Source: Melioribacteraceae bacterium
Lineage (GTDB): Bacteria > Bacteroidota > Ignavibacteria > Ignavibacteriales > Melioribacteraceae
Length of the DNA stretch: 64,000 nt
NCBI GenBank assembly: GCA_023230485.1
Contig: JALNXG010000007.1
Coordinates: 813 to 64,812 of the forward strand
Direction: 5' to 3'
In this document: positions 49,439-57,807 of the stretch, in pieces
How positions within the stretch are numbered: position 1 is the stretch's first letter
Layout: each line of letters starts with the position of its first letter
Notes under the pieces: generated by a model
What the model saw: only the letters and a program-made list of their open reading frames with translations
Databases searched by the model: none
What the model was told of the DNA's origin: nothing
Made by a program: the position numbers and the translations under genes

Positions 49439-50283
49439 TAATCATTTAGATCATATATTCTGCGCATGTATGAATGATTTAATTTATTAGATGCTCGTAA
49501 TGCACTTTCTCTTGAATCAAAAAAACCATAAACAGTAGAACCACTGCCCGACATCATCGAAAATAATGACCCGTTTTTTACCATAATATTTTTAATATTT
49601 TTAATTTCGGGATATTTCCCAAATACAAAATCTTCAAAATCATTTGTCGTTTCATTTTGTAATTTCGAGAAATTAAATCTCTCTCCTTCAATCATATTTT
49701 TATAATCCCAATTACTATCAGATGGATTAACATTTCGGAATGCTTCAGCAGTTGAAATATGTATATGTGGGTTTACAATTAATAGAAAACAATCTATATT
49801 AACTTCAACTTGATTTAATAACTCTCCACGTGATTCACCTATACTTGGTTTTGCTTTTAGAAAAAAAGGAACATCAGAACCTAATTCTAATGCCATCTCA
49901 ATTAATTCGTTATATGCAATATGCAATGAATAAAGTTCGTTCAATGAAATCAGGGTTGCAGCAGCATCGGAACTTCCGCCGCCAAGACCTGCACCCATAG
50001 GGATATTTTTTTGTAATGTAATTCCGGTCTTTAGATTATTTGAGATTTTATTTTCTACTAATTTTTTTGCTTTTATTATCAGATTACTTTCGTCATCTTT
50101 TATTAATGGCTCGTTTGATATAAAATAATCAGCATTATTTTTCTTAAATGACATAATATCGGATAGTCCATAAATAGGATAGAAGAAAGTGTATAAATTA
50201 TGATATCCATCATCTCTTTTGGAAACTACTTTTAAACCAATATTTATTTTTGCCGGAGCTTTTATCTCAATATATTCTTTCAT
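49435..50283 (-). CDS. ispE: 4-diphosphocytidyl-2-C-methyl-D-erythritol kinase
   Basis: 282 aa. KINIGLKV N-terminus and GHMP kinase motif PMGAGLGGGSSDAA. Confidence 0.9.
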   Translation of the reverse strand: MKEYIEIKAPAKINIGLKVVSKRDDGYHNLYTFFYPIYGLSDIMSFKKNNADYFISNEPLIKDDESNLIIKAKKLVENKISNNLKTGITLQKNIPMGAGLGGGSSDAAATLISLNELYSLHIAYNELIEMALELGSDVPFFLKAKPSIGESRGELLNQVEVNIDCFLLIVNPHIHISTAEAFRNVNPSDSNWDYKNMIEGERFNFSKLQNETTNDFEDFVFGKYPEIKNIKNIMVKNGSLFSMMSGSGSTVYGFFDSRESALRASNKLNHSYMRRIYDLNDY

Positions 50284-51404
50284 TTTCTTCCATCGAAATA
50301 TTTTATTGTTTCAGCAACAATTCTTTCTAAATCGATCATCTGAATGCACTCAAGATTATAAGGGCATTTCTTTTTCCAACAAGGTGCACAAAATAATCCT
50401 TCAGGGAACAACTTAATTCCACGATCATACAAATCTATTTCTGTCCAACAGCTTAATCCAAACCATGCTATAACATATTTCTTTAATGCTATTGCAAGGT
50501 GCATTCCAAATGAATCACCTGTAATTATTAATTGTGGAATATTTTCATAGCAAGCACCCTTCCTGATACCATGATTTGTTGGTGTGTTAATTATCTTACC
50601 GGAGAAATGGCTTTCAATTGCTTTATTTCTTTCAAAGTCTTCAGGTCCACCAACCAGTACAATCTTAAATCTATTCAGAGAAAGAAATTTATCAATTAAT
50701 GCCACATGCTGTTCAATTGTCATTTTTTTGTTTGGATATAGTTCTGAGCAGCCGGTATTAAATCCAATTACTTCATCACTTTCTGAAATGCCTACTTCGA
50801 TTTTATAATTATTGATAAATTGTTTTTCCTCATCAGAAAATTCAAATGTATAATCTGTTCTTTCATACTCTAAATTAAAAGTCTCTGCAAGATAATCTTG
50901 CCCCAATCTTTGATTGACTTTGAACTTTAGATGATCATCCATTCCAAGCAGATAATTATATTCTGCTCCTTTATTCATCGGGACTATTTTACCATTTTCA
51001 CTTAAACCGAAACCAAGTTTTTCTTTGCTATTCATGGACATTAAAAGGGCAGAGGACCGCTGCGATTTATCCACATTCAATACTAAATCAAATTTTATAT
51101 GTTCCAATATTGATAGAGACTCAAAATCATATTGATATATTTTATCTAATAATGGATTATTCAATAATAATCCATAAGCATTCTTAAGTGTTATCCAATA
51201 AATTGTAGATTCAGGATATTTCTTTTTTAATAATGGGAGCTGAGCGGTAGTCATCAATACATCACCCATTGCATCTAAATTAATTATTAATATTTTCGTT
51301 CCAATCTCCAAATGATCTTTACAACCATCCTTCCAACAATTATGATCTGGATAACAAGGCTTATATCCGGAAAACTTTTTACATGTCTCAAAATTATTTT
51401 TCAT
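50280..51404 (-). CDS. Glycosyltransferase family 9 (heptosyltransferase-like)
   Basis: 374 aa with GT9 features (LDAMGDVLMTT; ITGDSFGMHLAIAL). Also has an extra Cys-rich N-terminus. Confidence 0.8.
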   Translation of the reverse strand: MKNNFETCKKFSGYKPCYPDHNCWKDGCKDHLEIGTKILIINLDAMGDVLMTTAQLPLLKKKYPESTIYWITLKNAYGLLLNNPLLDKIYQYDFESLSILEHIKFDLVLNVDKSQRSSALLMSMNSKEKLGFGLSENGKIVPMNKGAEYNYLLGMDDHLKFKVNQRLGQDYLAETFNLEYERTDYTFEFSDEEKQFINNYKIEVGISESDEVIGFNTGCSELYPNKKMTIEQHVALIDKFLSLNRFKIVLVGGPEDFERNKAIESHFSGKIINTPTNHGIRKGACYENIPQLIITGDSFGMHLAIALKKYVIAWFGLSCWTEIDLYDRGIKLFPEGLFCAPCWKKKCPYNLECIQMIDLERIVAETIKYFDGRK

Positions 51405-52446
51405 GATATTTCTCTATAAATGGAATCAATTTTGTTTTTACTTCATTAAATGAGATATTCTTTAATGTAGCCTCTTTAGTTAATACTATTTCGTAATCTG
51501 AAGCATAAGGATACCAGATAGTATCATCTGTATCATATTGGACGTAAAGCCCAAATACTGGTACTTTCAATGCCGAAGCTATATGAACTATCGATGTATC
51601 TGGTGTTATTAATATATCCAATTTAGTAATTATTGCAGTAAATATTTCAAAACTTTCGGAATAATAAATTGGAATATTATTTTCAGAAATCGATTCTGCT
51701 TTTACTATATCTGACGGTGCACATAAAATTATAGGTATAACATTATCATAGTCCAACGCCATAATTAGTCTTTTATAATTTTCTATTCCCCAAAATCGTG
51801 CATCACTACCTGCGGAAATATTTATTCCTACTATAAACTTATCTATGTACTTATTTAAAAAAGAATCAGCATGTAAAAGAGCTTCTTCTGAAATCGAATA
51901 TTCGATATTATACTTTTCTAAGGAACCTTTATAATTAAGTAAATAATTTGTTATTTCTAATAGTCTGTCAATTACATGAAATACTTTTGTGTTTAATATT
52001 GGTACAAGATGAGTATATATTTTTCTGTTTTCTTTATTGAACCCTATTTTGATTGGTGCACTTAAATACGCAATTAATAAACTCACAGTAGTAGAAACAT
52101 CTGTATGAGTATCAATTATCACGTCAAAATCCATTTTATTGAGATATTCAATTGTTTCCCTTAATCCCTTTTTTTTATCAAATATTATTACTTCCTCAAT
52201 TGCATGATTGTTCTTAAAGACGAAATGATTTTTCTTATCTGCTAATAGATAAATCATCGGATTAAAATTGTTTTTCAGAGAATTGATTAAGGGTGTTGTT
52301 ACTAAAGCATCACCAATTCGATTGAGTCTGATTATCAATAGCTTTTTATTTGATATCTCGGGAATACCATTAGTATTATGATTCTTTGAAAAGAATAAAA
52401 ATATTTTCAGCAATACTTTACGAAAGAAGATTTCAATATTTTTCAT
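51394..52446 (-). CDS. Glycosyltransferase family 9 (heptosyltransferase-like)
   Basis: 350 aa with LNRIGDALVTTP and TPDTSIVHIASAL. Confidence 0.8.
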   Translation of the reverse strand: MKNIEIFFRKVLLKIFLFFSKNHNTNGIPEISNKKLLIIRLNRIGDALVTTPLINSLKNNFNPMIYLLADKKNHFVFKNNHAIEEVIIFDKKKGLRETIEYLNKMDFDVIIDTHTDVSTTVSLLIAYLSAPIKIGFNKENRKIYTHLVPILNTKVFHVIDRLLEITNYLLNYKGSLEKYNIEYSISEEALLHADSFLNKYIDKFIVGINISAGSDARFWGIENYKRLIMALDYDNVIPIILCAPSDIVKAESISENNIPIYYSESFEIFTAIITKLDILITPDTSIVHIASALKVPVFGLYVQYDTDDTIWYPYASDYEIVLTKEATLKNISFNEVKTKLIPFIEKYHEK

Positions 52447-53473
52447 TAAGAGTAATTTTATTTTGTTTTATTAATTTATCTATTTGATTAAGTATTCGCT
52501 CCATCGGCAATTCATAAAAGCATTCATGTTTATAAGGACATTCTAATAGATTACATACAATGCAGTGCAATTCAGAATAATTTATTACTAATGAATTATC
52601 GCTATATGGAGCATGGAATTTTGGATTCGTTGGTCCGAAGAATGCCAATAGCGGGATATTTAATGCGGCGGCTAAATGCATCGGTCCGCTATCATTACAT
52701 AAAATAAATTTACACTTTTGCATAATTGCGCCCATCTGCATAAATGTACAATTTGGAATTTTTATCGAATTAGGGATAAATGATTCTAATTTATCAACTT
52801 CCTTTTCGTCCCCTGGTCCCCATAATATTAATGGAGTGAAAAAATATTTCTTTTCTAATTCTTTTATAATCTCCGCATATCTTTCGGGTGGACATTTCTT
52901 TGAGTTCCAACCTCCGGTCAATGAGATCCCTATATAAAATTCCTCACCATAATTACTAATTAATTTATCCGCATAATTTCTATCATCCTCATTAATTTTA
53001 ATAGGAAATGATTTTACATTTACCGGTATTCCTAAATTCTCAATTAACTTAAATTGTAGTTCTGCATTATGATATTTGTCTCTTTCGGAAGGTCCAAAAA
53101 TATTGTAAGCATATTTTCTTCCTTTGTAAGGAAAACCGGCTTTTAACTTTGCCTCTGAGAAAAATGTATATAAAGCAGTAGTAGAATTTGAGTATAAATC
53201 TATAACAATATCATATTTATGCGACCGAATCTTTAATATTGTTTTAAATCTCTCTGAAATAGTCTTACCATTTTTTATAATATAATTAACTAGGGGAATC
53301 GATTTTAATAGATCGAAAGAAGATTTATCAGCAAGGAAATCAATTTTTGCTTCCGGAAAATAGTCTTGAATCGGCTTAATAAGCAACGAAGCTAATATTA
53401 CATCTCCTATACCTTTTAATTTGATTATAAGGATTCGTTTAACGGGATATTTAATTTTATTTACTATCAACAA
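52433..53473 (-). CDS. Glycosyltransferase family 9 (heptosyltransferase-like)
   Basis: 346 aa with LKGIGDVILAS and CNDSGPMHLAAAL. Confidence 0.8.
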   Translation of the reverse strand: MLIVNKIKYPVKRILIIKLKGIGDVILASLLIKPIQDYFPEAKIDFLADKSSFDLLKSIPLVNYIIKNGKTISERFKTILKIRSHKYDIVIDLYSNSTTALYTFFSEAKLKAGFPYKGRKYAYNIFGPSERDKYHNAELQFKLIENLGIPVNVKSFPIKINEDDRNYADKLISNYGEEFYIGISLTGGWNSKKCPPERYAEIIKELEKKYFFTPLILWGPGDEKEVDKLESFIPNSIKIPNCTFMQMGAIMQKCKFILCNDSGPMHLAAALNIPLLAFFGPTNPKFHAPYSDNSLVINYSELHCIVCNLLECPYKHECFYELPMERILNQIDKLIKQNKITLNEKY

Positions 53474-53535
53474 TTTTTCAATTAGTTTTGATTATAAAGA
53501 TAGCAAATTTATGAAATAATGGTGAGAGTGAAATT

Positions 53536-54357
53536 ATGAAATTAGAAAATATGAAAGTAATTATTACTGGCGGAGCTATGGGTATCGGATTGGCAACTGC
53601 CAAAAGATTGCTCGCCGAGAACGCTATCGTTACAATTTGGGATATTAATCAGAAAGAACTTGATAATTGCAATTTATTGTTCAAAGATTATTTAGGTAGA
53701 ATATTCCTTCATAACTGCGATGTTTCGGATAATGGGAAAATTCATGAAATGGTTCAAGTGGCATTAAAAGAGATGGGTGGAATCGATATACTTATCAATA
53801 ATGCCGGTTATGTAGCAGGCGGCAGCTTAATTGATACCGATAACGATAAGTGGGATAAGACGATTAAGATAAATTTGAATGCAATCGTCTATACTACAAA
53901 AGAGATACTTCCAATATTATTGAAGCAAGATAGGGGACATATAGTAAATTTATCTTCAGCTTCATCATATCTCGGAGTGCCGGATTTGGCTGTATATACT
54001 GCCACTAAATGGGCGGTATGGGGATTTACTGAATCGATGCGATTTGAAATAATTAATTCTGGTAAAAAAAATGTCGGTATCTCTTCTATACATCCAAGCT
54101 ATTTAGCAACCGGAATGTTTGAAGGAGCTAAATTAGGATTCTTTGGTAACTTAATCGTTCCTCAAGTAAAAGACCATGATGTTATTGCCAAAGCAATCGT
54201 TAATGGTGCTCTTAAAAAAGGGAAGTATGCAGTTCGCCGACCAAGGTCTTTACGTCTATCAATGATTTTAAGAGGCGTTTTACCCGATAAACTTTTCCAG
54301 TATATGTTAATTATAATGGGTGTTCATAAAAGTATGTCTAATTGGAAGGGGAGATAG
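53536..54357 (+). CDS. Short-chain dehydrogenase/reductase (SDR)
   Basis: 273 aa with TGGAMGIG, NNAG and YTATK (YxxxK). Its last ~50 codons are duplicated at 63634-63788. Confidence 0.85.
   Translation: MKLENMKVIITGGAMGIGLATAKRLLAENAIVTIWDINQKELDNCNLLFKDYLGRIFLHNCDVSDNGKIHEMVQVALKEMGGIDILINNAGYVAGGSLIDTDNDKWDKTIKINLNAIVYTTKEILPILLKQDRGHIVNLSSASSYLGVPDLAVYTATKWAVWGFTESMRFEIINSGKKNVGISSIHPSYLATGMFEGAKLGFFGNLIVPQVKDHDVIAKAIVNGALKKGKYAVRRPRSLRLSMILRGVLPDKLFQYMLIIMGVHKSMSNWKGR
54206..54354 (+). repeat. Direct repeat copy 1 (the 3' end of the intact SDR gene)
   Basis: A hand alignment to 63634-63782 gives 149 nt, no gaps and 11 mismatches. Eight differing codons are synonymous and two change the residue (P->Q, V->I). 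Confidence 0.9.
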
Positions 54358-54397
54358 TTACAATAATTGATCATAGAAAAAAAATAAAAGATTACTA

Positions 54398-55734
54398 ATG
54401 ACTGAAAATATATTAATAATTGATGACGAGAATGATCTTCGTAAGTTATTGGTCAAACTGATTAGATTAGAAGGTTATAATACATTTGATTCAGAGAATG
54501 CCTTATCCGGTCTTGATATATTATCAAAAGAAGAAATCTCTGTTGTATTAACTGATGTTAAACTCCCTGATATAAATGGCATTGATTTAATTGAAAAGAT
54601 TAAGATGATTAGCCCTTATTGTGAAATCATAGTAATTACAGCTTATGGTACTATCGATGGTGGTGTAAATGCAATCAAGAATGGTGCTTTTGATTATATC
54701 ACTAAAGGTGATGAAGATAATAAGATAATCCCTTTAATTAATAATGCAATTGAAAAAGTTAGTTTAAAGAAAAGAATTGCAGCACTTGAAAAAAGCCTAA
54801 TTAATAAATTTAATTTCGATTCAATATTAGGTAAATCGGATGAAATAAATAAAGCAAAACTAATTGCTGGTAAAGTAGCGCAGACAGATACTCCCGTTTT
54901 ACTTCTTGGCGCAACTGGTACGGGAAAGGAATTATTCGCTCAAGCAATTCATTATTCGAGTAATAGAAGCAACAATCAATTCGTAGCTATTAATTGCAGT
55001 GCCATTTCTCGAGAACTTTTAGAATCAGAAATGTTTGGATATAAAGCAGGTGCTTTTACTGGTGCAGTTAAAGATAAAAAAGGTTTATTTGAAGAAGCTC
55101 ACGCAGGCACTCTTTTCTGGATGAGATTGGTGAACTTGACCTTTCATTACAAGCAAAGTTTCTAAGAGTTTTAGAGACAGGTGATTTTATAAAACCCGGC
55201 GATACAAAACTAACTAAAGTGGATGTAAGAATAATTGCGGCTACAAATAGAAATCTAACCGAAGAAATCGGAAAGGGCAATTTCAGATCGGATCTTTTTT
55301 ATAGAATAAGTGTTATTAAAATTGAACTCCCATCCTTGAATAACAGGAAAGAAGATATTAAAGAAATAACTGAGTATTATATTCAACACTTTTCAAAAAA
55401 GATTGGGAGAAACATAAAAGTAATAAGTAAATCATTTTGGGATTCTATATATAAGTATCATTTTCCGGGTAATATTAGAGAACTTAGAAATGTAATAGAG
55501 CGCTCAATTATACTTTTAGATGGAGATATACTTACTGAAAAATCTCTTCCACAAGAATTTTTCAAAGAATCCATAAATGCGAATAATGAATTTACAATAC
55601 TTGAAGATGTTGAAAAAAATCATATTCTAAAAATCCTCAATAAAGAAAATGGAAATAAAACAAAAACTGCGGAAGTGCTAGGCATAGGACTAACTACGCT
55701 TTACAGAAAAATCCAACTATATAAAATCAAATAA
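54398..55734 (+). pseudogene. Sigma-54-dependent (NtrC-family) response regulator interrupted by a -1 frameshift
   Basis: The two ORFs (54398-55165 and 55219-55734) together make receiver + AAA+ (GATGTGKE, GAFTGA) + Fis HTH (TKTAEVLGIGLTTLYRKI). The reading GTLF|LDEIGELDLSLQAKFLRVLETGDF continues in the other frame after the T4 run at 55113-55116. One extra T restores a single ORF. Confidence 0.8.
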
Positions 55735-55839
55735 AGAAATATTTTTACCCTTTCAAAATGAAAAACACCCTGCCATTTCGGAGTGGTTTTAATCTTACTC
55801 CTATAATTACAAATGCATCTAGCATCTAATAACTTATTT

Positions 55840-55896
55840 AATAACATAATGTTATTGAATTATTCCATTTCTTATCCCTTTGGCATATAATTAGTA
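55840..55896 (+). promoter_or_regulatory. Perfect 8-bp palindrome plus a sigma-54-like -24/-12 candidate upstream of kdp
   Basis: AATAACAT-A-ATGTTATT at 55840-55856. TGGCAT-ATAAT-TAGT at 55881-55896, against consensus TGGCAC-N5-TTGC (-24 good, -12 weak). Sits between the NtrC-type regulator and kdpF. Confidence 0.3.
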
Positions 55897-55924
55897 TAAC
55901 TCCATATAAATATCTGGAGGTGAT

Positions 55925-56005
55925 ATGGTTTTTATAGTAACAATTACAAGTTTGATTTTATTTTTTCTGTTTTTCAAATCAATCAAATTTTTTGATAAGA
56001 TTTAG
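55925..56005 (+). CDS. 26-aa hydrophobic micro-ORF preceding kdpF
   Basis: Encodes MVFIVTITSLILFFLFFKSIKFFDKI. A GGAGGTGA RBS lies 5 nt upstream. The peptide has a single TM-like helix. Confidence 0.4.
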   Translation: MVFIVTITSLILFFLFFKSIKFFDKI

Positions 56006-56011
56006 GGGTAG

Positions 56012-56092
56012 ATGATGATTCTTTTATTTGTTATAAGTATAGCAGTCTTGTTCTATTTGCTTTATGCACTAATTAGACCAGAAAAATTTTAG
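56012..56092 (+). CDS. kdpF: K+-transporting ATPase small subunit KdpF
   Basis: 26 aa: MMILLFVISIAVLFYLLYALIRPEKF. The C-terminal YLxYALxxPExF pattern is typical of KdpF. Lies immediately upstream of kdpA. It is not on the ORF track because of its size. Confidence 0.75.
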   Translation: MMILLFVISIAVLFYLLYALIRPEKF

Positions 56093-56100
56093 AGGGTAAA

Positions 56101-57795
56101 ATGGTAAATGAATATTATGGCGTAATTTTAATTATACTTTTGTTATTTGTTCTTTCAGTTCCATTAGGCAAATATATAAGTAAAGTGTTTCAAGGAGAAA
56201 AAGTATGGAGCGATTTTCTTTCACCTTTAGAACACTTTATTTTTAGAATTGCAGGTATCAATGAAAATGAATCTATGGATTGGAAAGAAAATAGCAAAGC
56301 ATTATTAAGAATTAATTTCATTTTCTTTCTATGGAGCTTTGGTTTTCTACTTTTGCAAGGTGAAATTGGCTTTTTAAATCCGTTAAATATACTCAATATG
56401 GAACCCACTTTAGCATTTAATACCGCTGCGAGCTTTACTTCAAACACAAATTTACAACATTATTCTGGTGAAACAGGGTTAAGTTATATTTCTCAAATGT
56501 TAGTAATCGGTTTTTTACAATTTGTTTCAGCTGCAACAGGCATTGCCGCATTTGCACTTTTTATAAAAGGTATATTACAGAATAAAGTTACTAACCTAGG
56601 TAATTTTTATAATCTATTCTTAAAAAGCTGTACAAGAATTTTGCTTCCTTTGTCATTTACATTAGCTATTATATTACTACTTAATGGAGTACCCGCAACT
56701 TTTGAATCACCTTCTACTATTGTATCATTAGAAGGTGATTCAGTTACAGTAGCATCCGGTCCTGCCGCTCCAATGATTGCCATAAAACAATTGGGAACTA
56801 ATGGTGGCGGATTTTTTGGTGTTAATTCTACTCATCCTTTTGAAAATCCTAATTATTTTACAAATATAGTTGAAACAATTTCATTGGCAATTATACCAAT
56901 TGCACTTGTCTTTACATTTGGTTTCCTAATTAATAATAAAAAGCTCTCATTACTATTCTTTGGAGTAATGACAATATTCTTTCTCCTATTTACAACTGCC
57001 GCAGTGAAACTTGAAACTCAAGGCAATCCAGAAATTGCAAAGTTAGGAATTATGCAACCATTGGGAAGTTTGGAGGGGAAAGAGGTTAGACTTGGTTCTG
57101 CTGCTACTGCTCTTTGGAGTGTTTCTACTACATCTACGTCAAATGGTTCCGTAAATGGAATGAGTGATAGCATGACTCCTCTTACAGGCGGAATATTAAT
57201 TCTTGATATGTCGATTAATGCTATCTATGGCGGTGTAGGAGTAGGGTTCTTAAATTTCTTTATGTATGTAATTATAGCCGTTTTTATTGGTGGTCTAATG
57301 GTTGGTAGAACGCCTGAATTTCTGGGTAAGAAAATAGAAGTTCGGGAAATTAAGATCGCTGTGCTATTGATTTTATTACATCCATTCCTAATATTGGCAG
57401 GCACCGGCATTTCCACATTCATAATAAATAATAATCCGCATATTGGTTGGTTAAGTAATCCCTCTTATCATGGTTTTTCACAGATGCTATATGAATTTAC
57501 CTCAGCAGCTGCAAATAATGGTAGTGGATTTGAAGGACTTGGAGATAACACTCCTTTCTGGAATATTTCAACCGGCGTGATAATGTTGCTAAATAGATTT
57601 ATCCCCATCATTGGAGCAATTGCAATAGGTGGATTTTTAGCTTCAAAGAAAGTAGTTCCTTTTTCGGAAGGAACATTAAAGGTTGATAGTGTAGCTTTTG
57701 CAGTAATTCTATTAGGTGTGATATTTATTATCGCAGCTTTAGCTTTCTTACCTGTTCTTACGCTTGGACCAATTGCTGAATATTTTTCAATGTGA
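56101..57795 (+). CDS. kdpA: Potassium-transporting ATPase subunit A
   Basis: 564-aa polytopic protein with KdpA-type selectivity-filter-like segments (TNGGGFFG, NNGSGFEG). Confidence 0.95.
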   Translation: MVNEYYGVILIILLLFVLSVPLGKYISKVFQGEKVWSDFLSPLEHFIFRIAGINENESMDWKENSKALLRINFIFFLWSFGFLLLQGEIGFLNPLNILNMEPTLAFNTAASFTSNTNLQHYSGETGLSYISQMLVIGFLQFVSAATGIAAFALFIKGILQNKVTNLGNFYNLFLKSCTRILLPLSFTLAIILLLNGVPATFESPSTIVSLEGDSVTVASGPAAPMIAIKQLGTNGGGFFGVNSTHPFENPNYFTNIVETISLAIIPIALVFTFGFLINNKKLSLLFFGVMTIFFLLFTTAAVKLETQGNPEIAKLGIMQPLGSLEGKEVRLGSAATALWSVSTTSTSNGSVNGMSDSMTPLTGGILILDMSINAIYGGVGVGFLNFFMYVIIAVFIGGLMVGRTPEFLGKKIEVREIKIAVLLILLHPFLILAGTGISTFIINNNPHIGWLSNPSYHGFSQMLYEFTSAAANNGSGFEGLGDNTPFWNISTGVIMLLNRFIPIIGAIAIGGFLASKKVVPFSEGTLKVDSVAFAVILLGVIFIIAALAFLPVLTLGPIAEYFSM

Positions 57796-57807
57796 TGAGG
57801 TATTAAA

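Noticed and set aside
50280-53473. C-x2-C-x4-C-x5-C motifs near the C-termini of two of the three GT9 glycosyltransferases (CAPCWKKKCPYNLEC and CIVCNLLECPYKHEC)
   Set aside because: I believe a similar Cys motif occurs in many heptosyltransferase-family proteins, so it is probably a family feature and not a novelty. I cannot verify this without an alignment.
54398-55734. Treating 54398-55165 and 55219-55734 as two separate genes
   Set aside because: The conserved AAA+ sequence continues seamlessly across a 1-nt frame change at the T-run 55113-55116. Neither half is a complete domain set on its own.
55735-55924. Possible c-di-AMP (ydaO/kimA-type) riboswitch or terminator upstream of kdp
   Set aside because: I found no extended GC-containing helices or conserved ACGGGGA-type elements. 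The segment after the regulator stop (CACCCTGCCATTTCGGAGTGG) does not form a convincing stem.
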